DNA from: Tetramitus jugosus
Taxonomy: Eukaryota > Protista > Heterolobosea
Direction: 5' to 3'
DNA length: 64,000 nucleotides
Assembly (NCBI GenBank): GCA_937625935.1
Contig: OW569357.1
Span: forward strand, 434,001 to 498,000
Positions 54,068 to 63,586 of this stretch are shown one piece after another. Below the pieces are notes generated by a model, which was given only the letters and a program-made list of their open reading frames with translations, was not told the DNA's origin and made no database searches. The stretch's first letter is position 1. Each line of letters starts with the position of its first letter. The translations under genes were made by a program, and so were the position numbers.

Positions 54068-54880
54068 TTAAAAAACAGAATACTTCAAACGAAGCAAACG
54101 ATCTGTTTGAGTAAAGAGACCACAGCCGCCAACTGTGTCATCATCAGACAATAACTTATTACTCTGAGAATAAAGTTTCATCTTTTGACATGACTCCGTG
54201 TTCTCCTGCTCAAAAATGAGCTCCTTCAGCTTTTCAATCGAAGTATTTGGAGCTTCACTCCGCTCCAATGTCAGCACAATCTTGCGATTCGATGGTGTGA
54301 GAACACGTATGGCAAATGGTTTACAAACACAAAACAGAGTCAACTCTTGATCGCTGTCATTAGCCTTCCTTTGCTCAGCAACAAACTGTTGATACAGTGG
54401 ATACAAATGACATGAGTCAACGAGCTCTACGCCCTTGTATATCACTGACAATTCACTAGAGTTGAAATGATCGCTCGCTTTCTGAAGCATCTCACTCTTC
54501 AACTGTAGCACAGTATCACAGTTTGATTTCATCTCTAGAGCAACATTCTCCAAGCGATTTGAGCTCTGGGACAACCAACGAACATTTACAGGAAATTCGC
54601 GCGGAACAGCAGCAGAAACACCAAAAGAATGCAGCTGTGGCGGCTGAAAAATCTCTCGCTTCTGTGTGGTGAAAATGAGCAAGTCATCGTGAAAGAGCTG
54701 ATTGTTTCGCGAGATTTCGCCTCCCTTTTCAGTAAAGAGCTTGGAAACAGTGATTTCATTGTCAAACAAGGACTCAATGTCCGTAAACAACTGTTTCATA
54801 TCATCATTGCCTTGATCCCACAAGAGAACCTTTCCCTTCTGTGGATAAGTACCATTCTTGAATATATTGAGTCTGATCAT
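54068..54880 (-). CDS. Protein of three tandem beta-grasp domains (DCX/KHA-like + two ubiquitin-like)
   Basis: IFKNG...GKV...KLFTEKGGEI (DCX/KHA-like); TVLQLKSEM...VIYKGVELVD and SIEKLKELIFEQE...KLY...LLSDDDTV (Ubl). Confidence 0.65.
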   Translation of the reverse strand: MIRLNIFKNGTYPQKGKVLLWDQGNDDMKQLFTDIESLFDNEITVSKLFTEKGGEISRNNQLFHDDLLIFTTQKREIFQPPQLHSFGVSAAVPREFPVNVRWLSQSSNRLENVALEMKSNCDTVLQLKSEMLQKASDHFNSSELSVIYKGVELVDSCHLYPLYQQFVAEQRKANDSDQELTLFCVCKPFAIRVLTPSNRKIVLTLERSEAPNTSIEKLKELIFEQENTESCQKMKLYSQSNKLLSDDDTVGGCGLFTQTDRLLRLKYSVF

Positions 54881-55397
54881 CGCGTCTTGTCCTTGGCTTT
54901 TTCTGGTTTAGTTTTTCACTTATCAGAGATCTTTTCTTCGTCTTTGTGCAATAAAAAGCTTTTTTATGAAGCTTCACAAAAGAACTTGAGCCAAAAGTTG
55001 TTGTGAGTTGTGTAAGCTTACACAACTACCCGCAGCTATCAATCATCAGTGAGGTACTTCCTCGAACCATTTCTCACGGTCGCATGTGAAAAATTGGTCA
55101 TCATAGACTGGCTCATCATCTTGTCATCATCAGGTTCATTGTTTGATACTATCAATATTATTCACACCCATATCCTATGAGCCTAATAAATTTCTCACAA
55201 GAAGTATGTACATGCTATAGACAATTATGACTTGTGGTTGCTCATTTTGCAGTTGCATTTCTCTCGAGTAGGAGAAAAAGTTTTTGTGCAATGTTCAATC
55301 AACGTGTGCTGGTTGACTGAGGTTCATGCGAAAAGTAAAAAACTCAAAATCTTGAAAACAAACAAACAACACCAATCGTCAAAAAACATATATCAAC

Positions 55398-55715
55398 ATG
55401 CCAAAGGGTACCGTTATCGGAATTAAGGGAAAGAGAGGATTCCCAGTCACCAAGAGAGCCATCGAAAAGAAGAAGGGCAGAACTTCCAAGAGAAACAAGT
55501 TTGTTCACGAATTGATCGAAGAAGTCGTCGGTGTTGCTCCATATGAAGCTAGATTGATGGATTTGATTGACTTGTCTGAAAAGAGAGCTCAAAGATTCGC
55601 CAAGAAGAGACTCGGTAACTTGAAGAGAGCCAAGAGCAAGCTCAAGGATGTTGAAAACATTAAGAGAAGAATCAGAAGAAGAGAACAAGAATTGGCAGAA
55701 AAGAAGAAGGAATAA
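55398..55715 (+). CDS. RPL36: 60S ribosomal protein L36 (eL36)
   Basis: GIKGKRGFPVTK, KFVHELIEEVVGVAPYE.R, KRAQRFAKKRLG.LKRAK.K. Confidence 0.95.
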   Translation: MPKGTVIGIKGKRGFPVTKRAIEKKKGRTSKRNKFVHELIEEVVGVAPYEARLMDLIDLSEKRAQRFAKKRLGNLKRAKSKLKDVENIKRRIRRREQELAEKKKE

Positions 55716-55728
55716 ACTTCCCAACTAT

Positions 55729-56904
55729 TTACTCTTTATAAATTTGAACTAAACTTTTTCCGTCGCTCTTGATATACCCTCGGTACATTCCCTCCGTGTT
55801 GAATGGCATACTCACATTGCCTTGATTATCCACTGCAATGACACCACAACTGTCGCTCGGCATTTGGAAGATGACTCGTTCACATGCTTCTTGCAGCGTA
55901 GGTCTCGGTTGACAATACTTTAGTACACTGGCAATGTCGTGTGACACCACGTGACGAATAATTTCTTCGCCGTGACCTGTGCAAGAGATGGCGACAGTGT
56001 CATTTGCAAATGTGCCACAACCAATCATTGGACTGTCACCACATCGATTAAATCTCTTGTTGGTCATACCACCTGTCGAAGTAGCTGCTGCCAGATTACC
56101 GAAACGATCTAATGCCACTGCACCTACCGTTCCAATCTTTTCTGCTGATTCAGACATGACATCCATACTATCACTGCTACTGTTGCAGCTTGGAGTGGTG
56201 GTAATAGTGGTTGTTTCACTTGTTGGAGCCTTCTCTGTTGCGACTCTTGCGGTCGGTTCTTCCACAGAGTGATCAAGACTCGTCAACTGTTCTCCTCCCA
56301 CCAATCTCCTCTCCTTTGCAATGACAGACTGTAGCTGCTCCCAACGCCAATCCGTATAAAAATAGCTCGCATCATCCACCATCTCTACAGCATTTTGGCG
56401 CGCAAATTGTTCTGCACCTCGTCCCATGAGAATCACGTGCTTTGATTTTTCCATGACGCATCGAGCGGCGCTCACTGGATTCTTAATCAGAGAAACACCT
56501 GCGACGGCACCGGCATGAACAGTTGTCGCCGTCGTCTTTCCACCACCAGCACCACTTCCACTCTCTTGATTGGAATCATGATTCACTAAAAAAGTCATAA
56601 CGGAAGCATCCATTTCGTTTGTTCCTTCATGTGTGAAAACAGAGCCTTTACCTGCATTGAACAAGGGATCGTCTTCCATGAATCGTACGGCAGCTTCTAC
56701 GGCATCTAGGGCATTGAATCGAGCGTCATTTAGCTTTGCATAACCTGATTCAAGTGCTCTGTTCAATGCTGTTCTGAATGCTTGTTCCTTTTGTGGTGTC
56801 ATTTGACTTTGACGAATGGTACCTGCTCCACCATGGATAACAAGAACAAAGTTGGGTTGTTGATCGTTGGTTGTTGTTGTTGTTGTTGATTGTTGTGGCT
56901 GCAT
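55729..56904 (-). CDS. ASRGL1: Isoaspartyl peptidase/L-asparaginase (Ntn hydrolase)
   Basis: VIHGGAG, EDDPLFNAGKG, EMDASVM, GTVGAVALD..GNLAAATSTGG, RCGDSP, TGHGE, FNTEGMYRG. Confidence 0.95.
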   Translation of the reverse strand: MQPQQSTTTTTTNDQQPNFVLVIHGGAGTIRQSQMTPQKEQAFRTALNRALESGYAKLNDARFNALDAVEAAVRFMEDDPLFNAGKGSVFTHEGTNEMDASVMTFLVNHDSNQESGSGAGGGKTTATTVHAGAVAGVSLIKNPVSAARCVMEKSKHVILMGRGAEQFARQNAVEMVDDASYFYTDWRWEQLQSVIAKERRLVGGEQLTSLDHSVEEPTARVATEKAPTSETTTITTTPSCNSSSDSMDVMSESAEKIGTVGAVALDRFGNLAAATSTGGMTNKRFNRCGDSPMIGCGTFANDTVAISCTGHGEEIIRHVVSHDIASVLKYCQPRPTLQEACERVIFQMPSDSCGVIAVDNQGNVSMPFNTEGMYRGYIKSDGKSLVQIYKE

Positions 56905-57070
56905 TTGTTTTTTTCGTTGTTGGTTGTTTTCTCTGTTGAAAAGTCAGGCACCAAAATATTCCGTCTTTCATGAGAATCCGATTCGAAAGGACATTATCAA
57001 TCGTCTGACAAACGAGCGAGATTCAACACAAACAAAATTTTGTACTTGTTTCTTTTTTTAATACAACCCA

Positions 57071-58303
57071 TTAAAACACTGTTAAGAAGGCAAAGGTCAC
57101 ATAGACCAACAACACTGGATACGCCACCAGAGCTTTCTGATTATGCATGGCCAAATGCCCAACAAACATGCTCGCAGCGCTCCACGTGCTCCAAATGACA
57201 ACCAACAGAGAAATGACGGATCCCACCGTGCCCATCACTCTCACATCCAACCACAGTGGCAACAGGGCAGAAATAATAGCTAGGAAAACCATGGGCAACA
57301 GACCATAGCCCAACACACTCACAGTGTGCTGTATTTCAATATGTTTCTGTGGTGGACACATGAGATTCAATAAAAAGTACATGGCCAAGCAACCAATGGT
57401 GCCCACTCCATAAATGTAACCAAAGTGAATTTTTCCGCGCAAGAGCAAAACGAATCCGAGTGCCAAGCAAAAGAGCAGTGGACCAGTGAGATCCATGTCA
57501 TTCAAAATGTGATGCAGTTTTTCATCATCACTATTTCTACCAATGCTACTACTATTGTTATATGATGATGATGATGATGAAGTGGTGGTTGTCTGTTGTT
57601 GAGAGGAAGAAGTGATTCGATATTTTTGAGAGGCATATCGTCGCATTTTGGACAGAGGATTAAGAACAAATACACTTTTCGTCCAAACATCTCTAAAATT
57701 GATTCCAAGTTCTACAGAGATCGTCATACATGTAATGGTACGATTGCCAAAAAAAAAAATAAAAAAAATTTGTTTTTCATGAGTAAGACAAAGGAAAGAA
57801 GTGTCACAATGCCAAATATTGAGAGTGAGATACGTACCTTCCAACAATGGAACTTCATCAACCACAGGTTCATACGATTGATATGCATTGTTATTATTAC
57901 TACTACTACTACTATTGCTACTAGTGTTATTGTTCATATTGTTACTTGCTGATTTAAACCATGAGGTAACCCATGAGAATGATGATGATGACTGTTGTTG
58001 TTGTTGATCCATCATCATCATCATGTTATTATTGTTGTAATTTGTTGGATTGAACGGTTGTTGTGCGTTAGATGCTTGGAATGAAGTGGAGGGTGGTCTG
58101 ACGTTCATCATGATTGGTGATGGTGTAGTTCCTCTCTGTTGAAATGTTGATGAAGGATTGTTGTTATTGTTGTTGTTGCTAGTGTTGAATTGATCATTTT
58201 GAAAGAAATCATCATCATTGAAATTATTGTTTTGAAAGGATGGTGATTGAGCAGAAGAGTATTGAGTGGAGGAGGGGTGCCTTGGAAATTTGTTGGAATT
58301 CAT
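57071..58303 (-). CDS. YIP1: Yip1-family (YIPF5/7-like) protein; exons 58303-57838, 57711-57071
   Basis: Removing intron 57837-57712 restores PLLEELGINF; DLTGPLLFCL, GKIHFGYIYG, SVLGYGLLP, LVAYPV.LVY. Confidence 0.92.
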   Translation of the reverse strand: MNSNKFPRHPSSTQYSSAQSPSFQNNNFNDDDFFQNDQFNTSNNNNNNNPSSTFQQRGTTPSPIMMNVRPPSTSFQASNAQQPFNPTNYNNNNMMMMMDQQQQQSSSSFSWVTSWFKSASNNMNNNTSSNSSSSSNNNNAYQSYEPVVDEVPLLEGTYLTLNIWHCDTSFLCLTHEKQIFFIFFFGNRTITCMTISVELGINFRDVWTKSVFVLNPLSKMRRYASQKYRITSSSQQQTTTTSSSSSSYNNSSSIGRNSDDEKLHHILNDMDLTGPLLFCLALGFVLLLRGKIHFGYIYGVGTIGCLAMYFLLNLMCPPQKHIEIQHTVSVLGYGLLPMVFLAIISALLPLWLDVRVMGTVGSVISLLVVIWSTWSAASMFVGHLAMHNQKALVAYPVLLVYVTFAFLTVF

Positions 58304-58489
58304 TTTGTTCGGTTAGATACAAGTCGACTGTCAATGATCTTTGATGATTTGATTGTGTTTTTTGATGCGTGGCTTTGTCTTTTTTTGTCTATTTTTGTCG
58401 TGGAAATAAAGAACGAATACAAAACAAAAAGTCGTTCGAACTTGAAGGAGTATTTCTAATAAATTCTTAAGTGTTACAGAATGTTATTA

Positions 58490-59053
58490 TCAGAAATGAC
58501 CACTACTGCCACCACTTCTACCCTTCTTCTTCAGTGAATTCATCTTTTTTTGTTGAATTCTTTCTCGATCGCTCTTTGCACTTCTGCCGAGCTCATGCTC
58601 CATGACTTGCACAGGTTCATAAGCCGCTTTCAAATACTCTCTCAATCGTTCAATTGCATCCTGCATATTATCACTCTGTGTTCGATGAACCGTGCTCTGT
58701 ATCACTATTTCTCCTTGTTTATTCATCTTTGTAGCATAGAGCTCTTTGAGTCTAGCTTTCACCTCTTCTGGTATCCAATCAGCAGAATCAACATTGAACC
58801 GTAGATCCACCTTTGTGTTCACCTTGTTCACATTTTGTCCTCCTGGCCCGCCAGAACGTGCAAAGGAGAATTGTAGTTTCTCCGTTGGTATTTTTCCGTC
58901 GAAAGAGAGGGTCGAGTTGGATTGTTTGATGACCTTGTACCGATCCAGTAGGATTGTTTGTTGGGAACAATGATACAATCTCTGTTTTCCATGGATCAGC
59001 GATGATTCCGAATGCTTGTTGATTAGGCACCTCAAAGACAACGATCGTCGCAT
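58490..59053 (-). CDS. ICT1: Mitochondrial peptidyl-tRNA hydrolase ICT1/mL62 (ArfB-like)
   Basis: FARSGGPGGQNVNKVNTKVDLRF, HRTQSDN, basic tail; Arg-rich N-terminal presequence from ATG 59053. Confidence 0.93.
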   Translation of the reverse strand: MRRSLSLRCLINKHSESSLIHGKQRLYHCSQQTILLDRYKVIKQSNSTLSFDGKIPTEKLQFSFARSGGPGGQNVNKVNTKVDLRFNVDSADWIPEEVKARLKELYATKMNKQGEIVIQSTVHRTQSDNMQDAIERLREYLKAAYEPVQVMEHELGRSAKSDRERIQQKKMNSLKKKGRSGGSSGHF

Positions 59054-59168
59054 TTTTGTTTCTGTTGCCAGCGTTTCAGTTCCATCGCCGACTGGAATCA
59101 GAAAATTCAGAGCGCAGCACAGATTCCGACAAAAAAAATCGAAGGTTCGACAGGACCAAAAAACCAAC

Positions 59169-61688
59169 ATGTCAACAACAAGCAGAAATACCATGGATCA
59201 CAGTCCGATAACGAACAATACTGGTAGCAGTGTTGGTGATGAAGATCCCACACGATCAACAACAAACATTCATTTATTCAACAACAATGTTGACACTACT
59301 GAAACGACAAGCCATCATCATCACAACAATAATAACAACACACATTCGACTTCGGATTACGATGAAGATGAAGAAGAAGATGCCAATGACGCAGATTATG
59401 AATCATCCAACAATGAAAGTGACTTTGATGAAGATCATCATTCACCAATCATCATTACTACGACTTCTCAACAACAACAGCAGCATGGCTACCTCACAAA
59501 CAAGATGTATGATGATTTGAATCGTCGAAATGATGTACCAGAGGAAAAACGTGTGACTTTTGAACAATGTGCTGACGACTTACTCATACGCAACAGTAGT
59601 ATAGATGATCATTATCACCATCATCATAGCATGTCTGATCCATTTCACATTTCTGATGTTCAAGTCATTCCCGAAGTGACATTGATGGAGGATGAAAATG
59701 ATGATGAACAGGCAATTGCATTATCGTTGCACAAGAACAGCACTAACAATGGCAAGAATTCAATCATGACCAGCAATGGAAACAGTGCTAGTGGTGAAAT
59801 TACAATTCAAATACCATCGTTGCCTTCAGAGACAACCATGTCTCAAATGGATTCTCTGTATGATTTTGGAACTCCACCTTCGTCTGGTGGAGACAAGGAG
59901 CGAATGAATCATTTGAAGAGTCTCATGTTGGCTGATTTGTCTGTTGGTCACGTTCCCTTGACTCAATTCTCTGTGCCATCCACGATTGTTCTTCCATCTG
60001 AGCAGCAAAAGGCCAGAAGCTATGCGATTGGGACAAAGGTTCGACGGAGAGATCGAATGATTCACGAGTCATTTCGTCAGAGGAGACAAAAGCAACGAAC
60101 AAAGCAGAGTGAGAGGCGGTCGGGTAGGGGAATCGGAGAGAGTGTTGATGGTATAAGCACATTGATGGACTCCGGTGATAGAAGAGGCGGCTTTGCGAAT
60201 AGAGATAGAGAAAGTGAGAGGTATTCAATCGATGAAACAGCAGAGTTATCTCTTCCTTCCAACAGTACTTGTATACCGACATCGAGAAGCATAGAGCAGT
60301 TGGATCGTATGGAGTCTCGCTCCTCTCGCTTTGGTTTCACAAAAAGGCATCCATGGGCCAGAAAAATTGCGGATTTCATGCTAGGCGGTCCCTTGTGGAC
60401 AAAGACAAAGCGTTTGAAACGATCAACCAGTTTACAAGATGTTGGAAAGGAGGATGAGAAGGAAGTTCAGGCCACCATCATTGATTTGGGCTATGCGCTC
60501 TCAATTTACGGCACCCCAGCTCACAGATTGGAGTATCATTTGGCACTAGTTGCCAGTTATTATGCTCTGAATTGTACGACATATTCGACACCGAATGGAA
60601 TTTGGATCACATTTGGAAACTATGTAACCGATACGACAACAACGACTCACTTTATTAAGATTCGAGGAGCTTCACTCAACTTGTCCAAGCTATGTTTATT
60701 GGACGAGGTTGCAGAGAAGATTGCGAGTGGTACTATGGCGATTTCTGAAGCTCGAAAGGCAATCAAAGAGGTGATTGAACTAGAGCCAGTGTACAGCAAC
60801 TTTATCTTTATTATTTTCTCTTGCTTTGTTCAAGCAGGAATGTTTAGTGTTTTCTTTGCTGCTAATTTTGGTGAGATATTGGCGTCATTTGCTGCTGGAT
60901 TAATAGTGGGTGCATTGAGTGTTCTTGCATCCAAGTATGAAGCACTCGCTCAAGTGAATACGATTGTATGTGCTCTTGCTGCAGGATTTGTTGGATTGTT
61001 GTTCCGAATCATTATGTCATCCATTGTACCGATATCAGTGTTTGTAGTATCACTCAGTGGAGTCATTTCGTTACTACCTGGATTGACATTTACGTTGGCT
61101 ATTTCAGAATTGTCATCAAGGAATTTGTTGTCCGGATCTACCAGATTGATCTCTGCGTTCGTAACAACGATACAGATTGGATTTGGAGTTCTCGTATCAG
61201 ACAGAGCAAGTCAATATCTATCAATCATAGCATCGGTGCCCGAGGTTGTTACTCGGCATTACCATTCGGTCTTTACGCTGGCTGGCATTATTCCAGTTGT
61301 TGTCATGGCCACAGTGATATCATTGAAGGCACCAAAGTACCCTATTGCATTTGTGTTCATTTTGCTAGATGCATATGCTGCTTTCTTTTGCACGTATTAT
61401 GCGACGAGTTACTTTGGTGTCGAAGTAGGAACAATGCTGGGCTCGTTTGTTGTTGGATTTATTTCAAATGTGTTTGCCGCGGTTTCAGATCATCCAGGTA
61501 TTGTTGTGTCAGCCTGTGGCATTATTTTCTGTCTCCCTGGAGCCCTTGGAAAGAACTCGGCTCGAATCCTCATTGAAGGAGATCCCACTCGTTTTGTTCT
61601 CGAGGTTGTCATCATTGGAATATCGCTTACAGTTGGTCTCATGTTGAGTGATGCGTTTGGATTCAAGAGAAAGAAGTTGAACTTGTAA
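59169..61688 (+). CDS. ThrE/PRM10-like (threonine/serine exporter family) membrane protein
   Basis: LGYALSIYGTPAHRLE, LNLSKL, LLPGLTFTLAISEL...SG..RL, GIIFCLPG; about 10 TM helices after a long disordered N-terminus. Confidence 0.88.
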   Translation: MSTTSRNTMDHSPITNNTGSSVGDEDPTRSTTNIHLFNNNVDTTETTSHHHHNNNNNTHSTSDYDEDEEEDANDADYESSNNESDFDEDHHSPIIITTTSQQQQQHGYLTNKMYDDLNRRNDVPEEKRVTFEQCADDLLIRNSSIDDHYHHHHSMSDPFHISDVQVIPEVTLMEDENDDEQAIALSLHKNSTNNGKNSIMTSNGNSASGEITIQIPSLPSETTMSQMDSLYDFGTPPSSGGDKERMNHLKSLMLADLSVGHVPLTQFSVPSTIVLPSEQQKARSYAIGTKVRRRDRMIHESFRQRRQKQRTKQSERRSGRGIGESVDGISTLMDSGDRRGGFANRDRESERYSIDETAELSLPSNSTCIPTSRSIEQLDRMESRSSRFGFTKRHPWARKIADFMLGGPLWTKTKRLKRSTSLQDVGKEDEKEVQATIIDLGYALSIYGTPAHRLEYHLALVASYYALNCTTYSTPNGIWITFGNYVTDTTTTTHFIKIRGASLNLSKLCLLDEVAEKIASGTMAISEARKAIKEVIELEPVYSNFIFIIFSCFVQAGMFSVFFAANFGEILASFAAGLIVGALSVLASKYEALAQVNTIVCALAAGFVGLLFRIIMSSIVPISVFVVSLSGVISLLPGLTFTLAISELSSRNLLSGSTRLISAFVTTIQIGFGVLVSDRASQYLSIIASVPEVVTRHYHSVFTLAGIIPVVVMATVISLKAPKYPIAFVFILLDAYAAFFCTYYATSYFGVEVGTMLGSFVVGFISNVFAAVSDHPGIVVSACGIIFCLPGALGKNSARILIEGDPTRFVLEVVIIGISLTVGLMLSDAFGFKRKKLNL

Positions 61689-61798
61689 GGTGGGTTGCAA
61701 AATTGAGTGGCGTTGTCCTTCGCCTTGTGGAGTTCTTCCCGTCTTGGAAAATTTGTCATCCAATCCCAAACAAGATAAACACCACACAGCACAACATT

Positions 61799-63586
61799 AT
61801 GATAAGAAGAAGGATCATTCGAATTCGTTTGGGATATCCCATTCATAATAAACACAGGAGCAATGCCATGAAACGTGTCTTTTCTTCGTCCATGAAAACC
61901 GTAAAAGAAGAAAGGGAGTGCACTTTGGAAGAAGGAGTGGATCAGTATCCTTCGCAAGAACAACTCAAAACTTGGAAGTTGGAAAGTGAAGCAAAGAACA
62001 AGGCCTTTGCTCGATCTCTGAATGCCTACAACCTGTTCTTGTGGATGAAGCCCAATGATGCCCTTATCAGATTCAAAAAGGGTCGCATGCTCCTACAGAA
62101 TGGTTACTTGAATGAGGCGATCGAAACATTTCAGTCATCTCTCGAAATTGATGAAAATTACAAGCTATCACATGTTGCTCTGGGATCGGCATATCAGATG
62201 AAGAATTGTAATGGTGTAGCGCTGGAACACTATGTCAAGGCATTGGAAATCGATCCAAACTATAGTCTTGCTCACTTTGGGATCGCTGTATTGTATTCCA
62301 AGCTGCACAAGAATCATGAATCGTTGAATCATTTCCAGAAAGCACTGAGATTGGACTATGAGCAGAAAGTATCTTTTAATACCGTGAGGATGGAGGGGCA
62401 GTACAAGGATCTACTCTATAAAATGTATCAAGACGCAGTGCATGACCCCAGTAAGGTTTTATCGAATATTTACCTCGAAGAGGATTACAAGTACATTGAG
62501 TCAGAAATAACCGGCGATCATACAGTGATTATTCCAGACAAAAGTAAATGCCGCTCGTTGTTCTTGGACTACAAGTCTAAAGCTGGAGATATTGTCGCGC
62601 CAGGAGATGAGATATCATCGGTTGAAATGGAAAAGGTATGCATTAGCTTGTATGCACCAGAAGCAGCCCTCATTACAGATGTGGTGGACAATCCTGAATA
62701 CTCAGTAATCCATCCAGGAACGCCTGTTGTAAAGTACATACCGCTGCAAGTCCGAAAGCTGAAGCCTATCGGACATGGCGACTTCTTACCAACGATACAG
62801 GATGTATCAGCGGAAGATGCGGCAAACATTATCAAAACGGCCAACAATGTTGTAGTTTTGAGCGGTTCTGGCTTATCCAAAGAGAGTGGCCTGAAAACAA
62901 GAAAGGATATGTGGACCACCTTGTCGAGAGAGAAGTATGTCGGCAATTGGAATTTCACACAGGAACCTGAAAGATTATGGGAGTTAGTCAAGGACTTTCT
63001 AGGTGAAGCAAATTTTGATCCTAAACCCAATCCTGCTCACTATGCAGTTGCTGATCTGGAAAAGATGGGATATGTGAAGGCAGTTATTACCCAGAATGTT
63101 GATAATTTGCACCAAGTTTCAGGTAGCACGAATGTCATTGAGATGCATGGAACTTTGTCTGAGACAATCTGTACTACCTGTGATGTTGTCCATGGGCGTT
63201 GTATGGATTATTTGAATAGTGATTTTCCTCCCAAGTGTCCATCATTCCGCAACAAGGAGTGTTGCGTGAATACCTCCAATACAACTGGTATTCTAAAGCC
63301 AAATGTTATCTTATTTGGTGATCTCGTCGATTCAGACAAACTCAAGAAGGCATATGAACTCGTGATGAATTGTGATGTATTGTTAGTTGTAGGAACAGCT
63401 GCTGATGTAACACCTTGCTCAGAACTGCCAGCAATAGTCAGTAAGAACGGTGGTACAATCATTGAAGTGAAGAGGAATCATTCAAGACTTGCCAACCATC
63501 AACTCAAGAACCATAAGTTTGTCTCCGGTGAAGCAGCCACAATTTTACCTGCGATTGTGAATCATATCTCAAAAGGCCGTGACTAA
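61799..63586 (+). CDS. TPR + lipoyl/biotinyl-carrier-like + Sir2 (sirtuin) fusion protein
   Basis: TPRs (EAIETFQSSLEIDENY, ALEHYVKALEIDPNY); lipoyl-like KAGDIVAPGDEISSVEMEKV.....AP; sirtuin GSGLSKESG, PNPAH, ITQNVDNLH, EMHG, CxxC, LKPNVILFGD, VVGT. Confidence 0.88.
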   Translation: MIRRRIIRIRLGYPIHNKHRSNAMKRVFSSSMKTVKEERECTLEEGVDQYPSQEQLKTWKLESEAKNKAFARSLNAYNLFLWMKPNDALIRFKKGRMLLQNGYLNEAIETFQSSLEIDENYKLSHVALGSAYQMKNCNGVALEHYVKALEIDPNYSLAHFGIAVLYSKLHKNHESLNHFQKALRLDYEQKVSFNTVRMEGQYKDLLYKMYQDAVHDPSKVLSNIYLEEDYKYIESEITGDHTVIIPDKSKCRSLFLDYKSKAGDIVAPGDEISSVEMEKVCISLYAPEAALITDVVDNPEYSVIHPGTPVVKYIPLQVRKLKPIGHGDFLPTIQDVSAEDAANIIKTANNVVVLSGSGLSKESGLKTRKDMWTTLSREKYVGNWNFTQEPERLWELVKDFLGEANFDPKPNPAHYAVADLEKMGYVKAVITQNVDNLHQVSGSTNVIEMHGTLSETICTTCDVVHGRCMDYLNSDFPPKCPSFRNKECCVNTSNTTGILKPNVILFGDLVDSDKLKKAYELVMNCDVLLVVGTAADVTPCSELPAIVSKNGGTIIEVKRNHSRLANHQLKNHKFVSGEAATILPAIVNHISKGRD

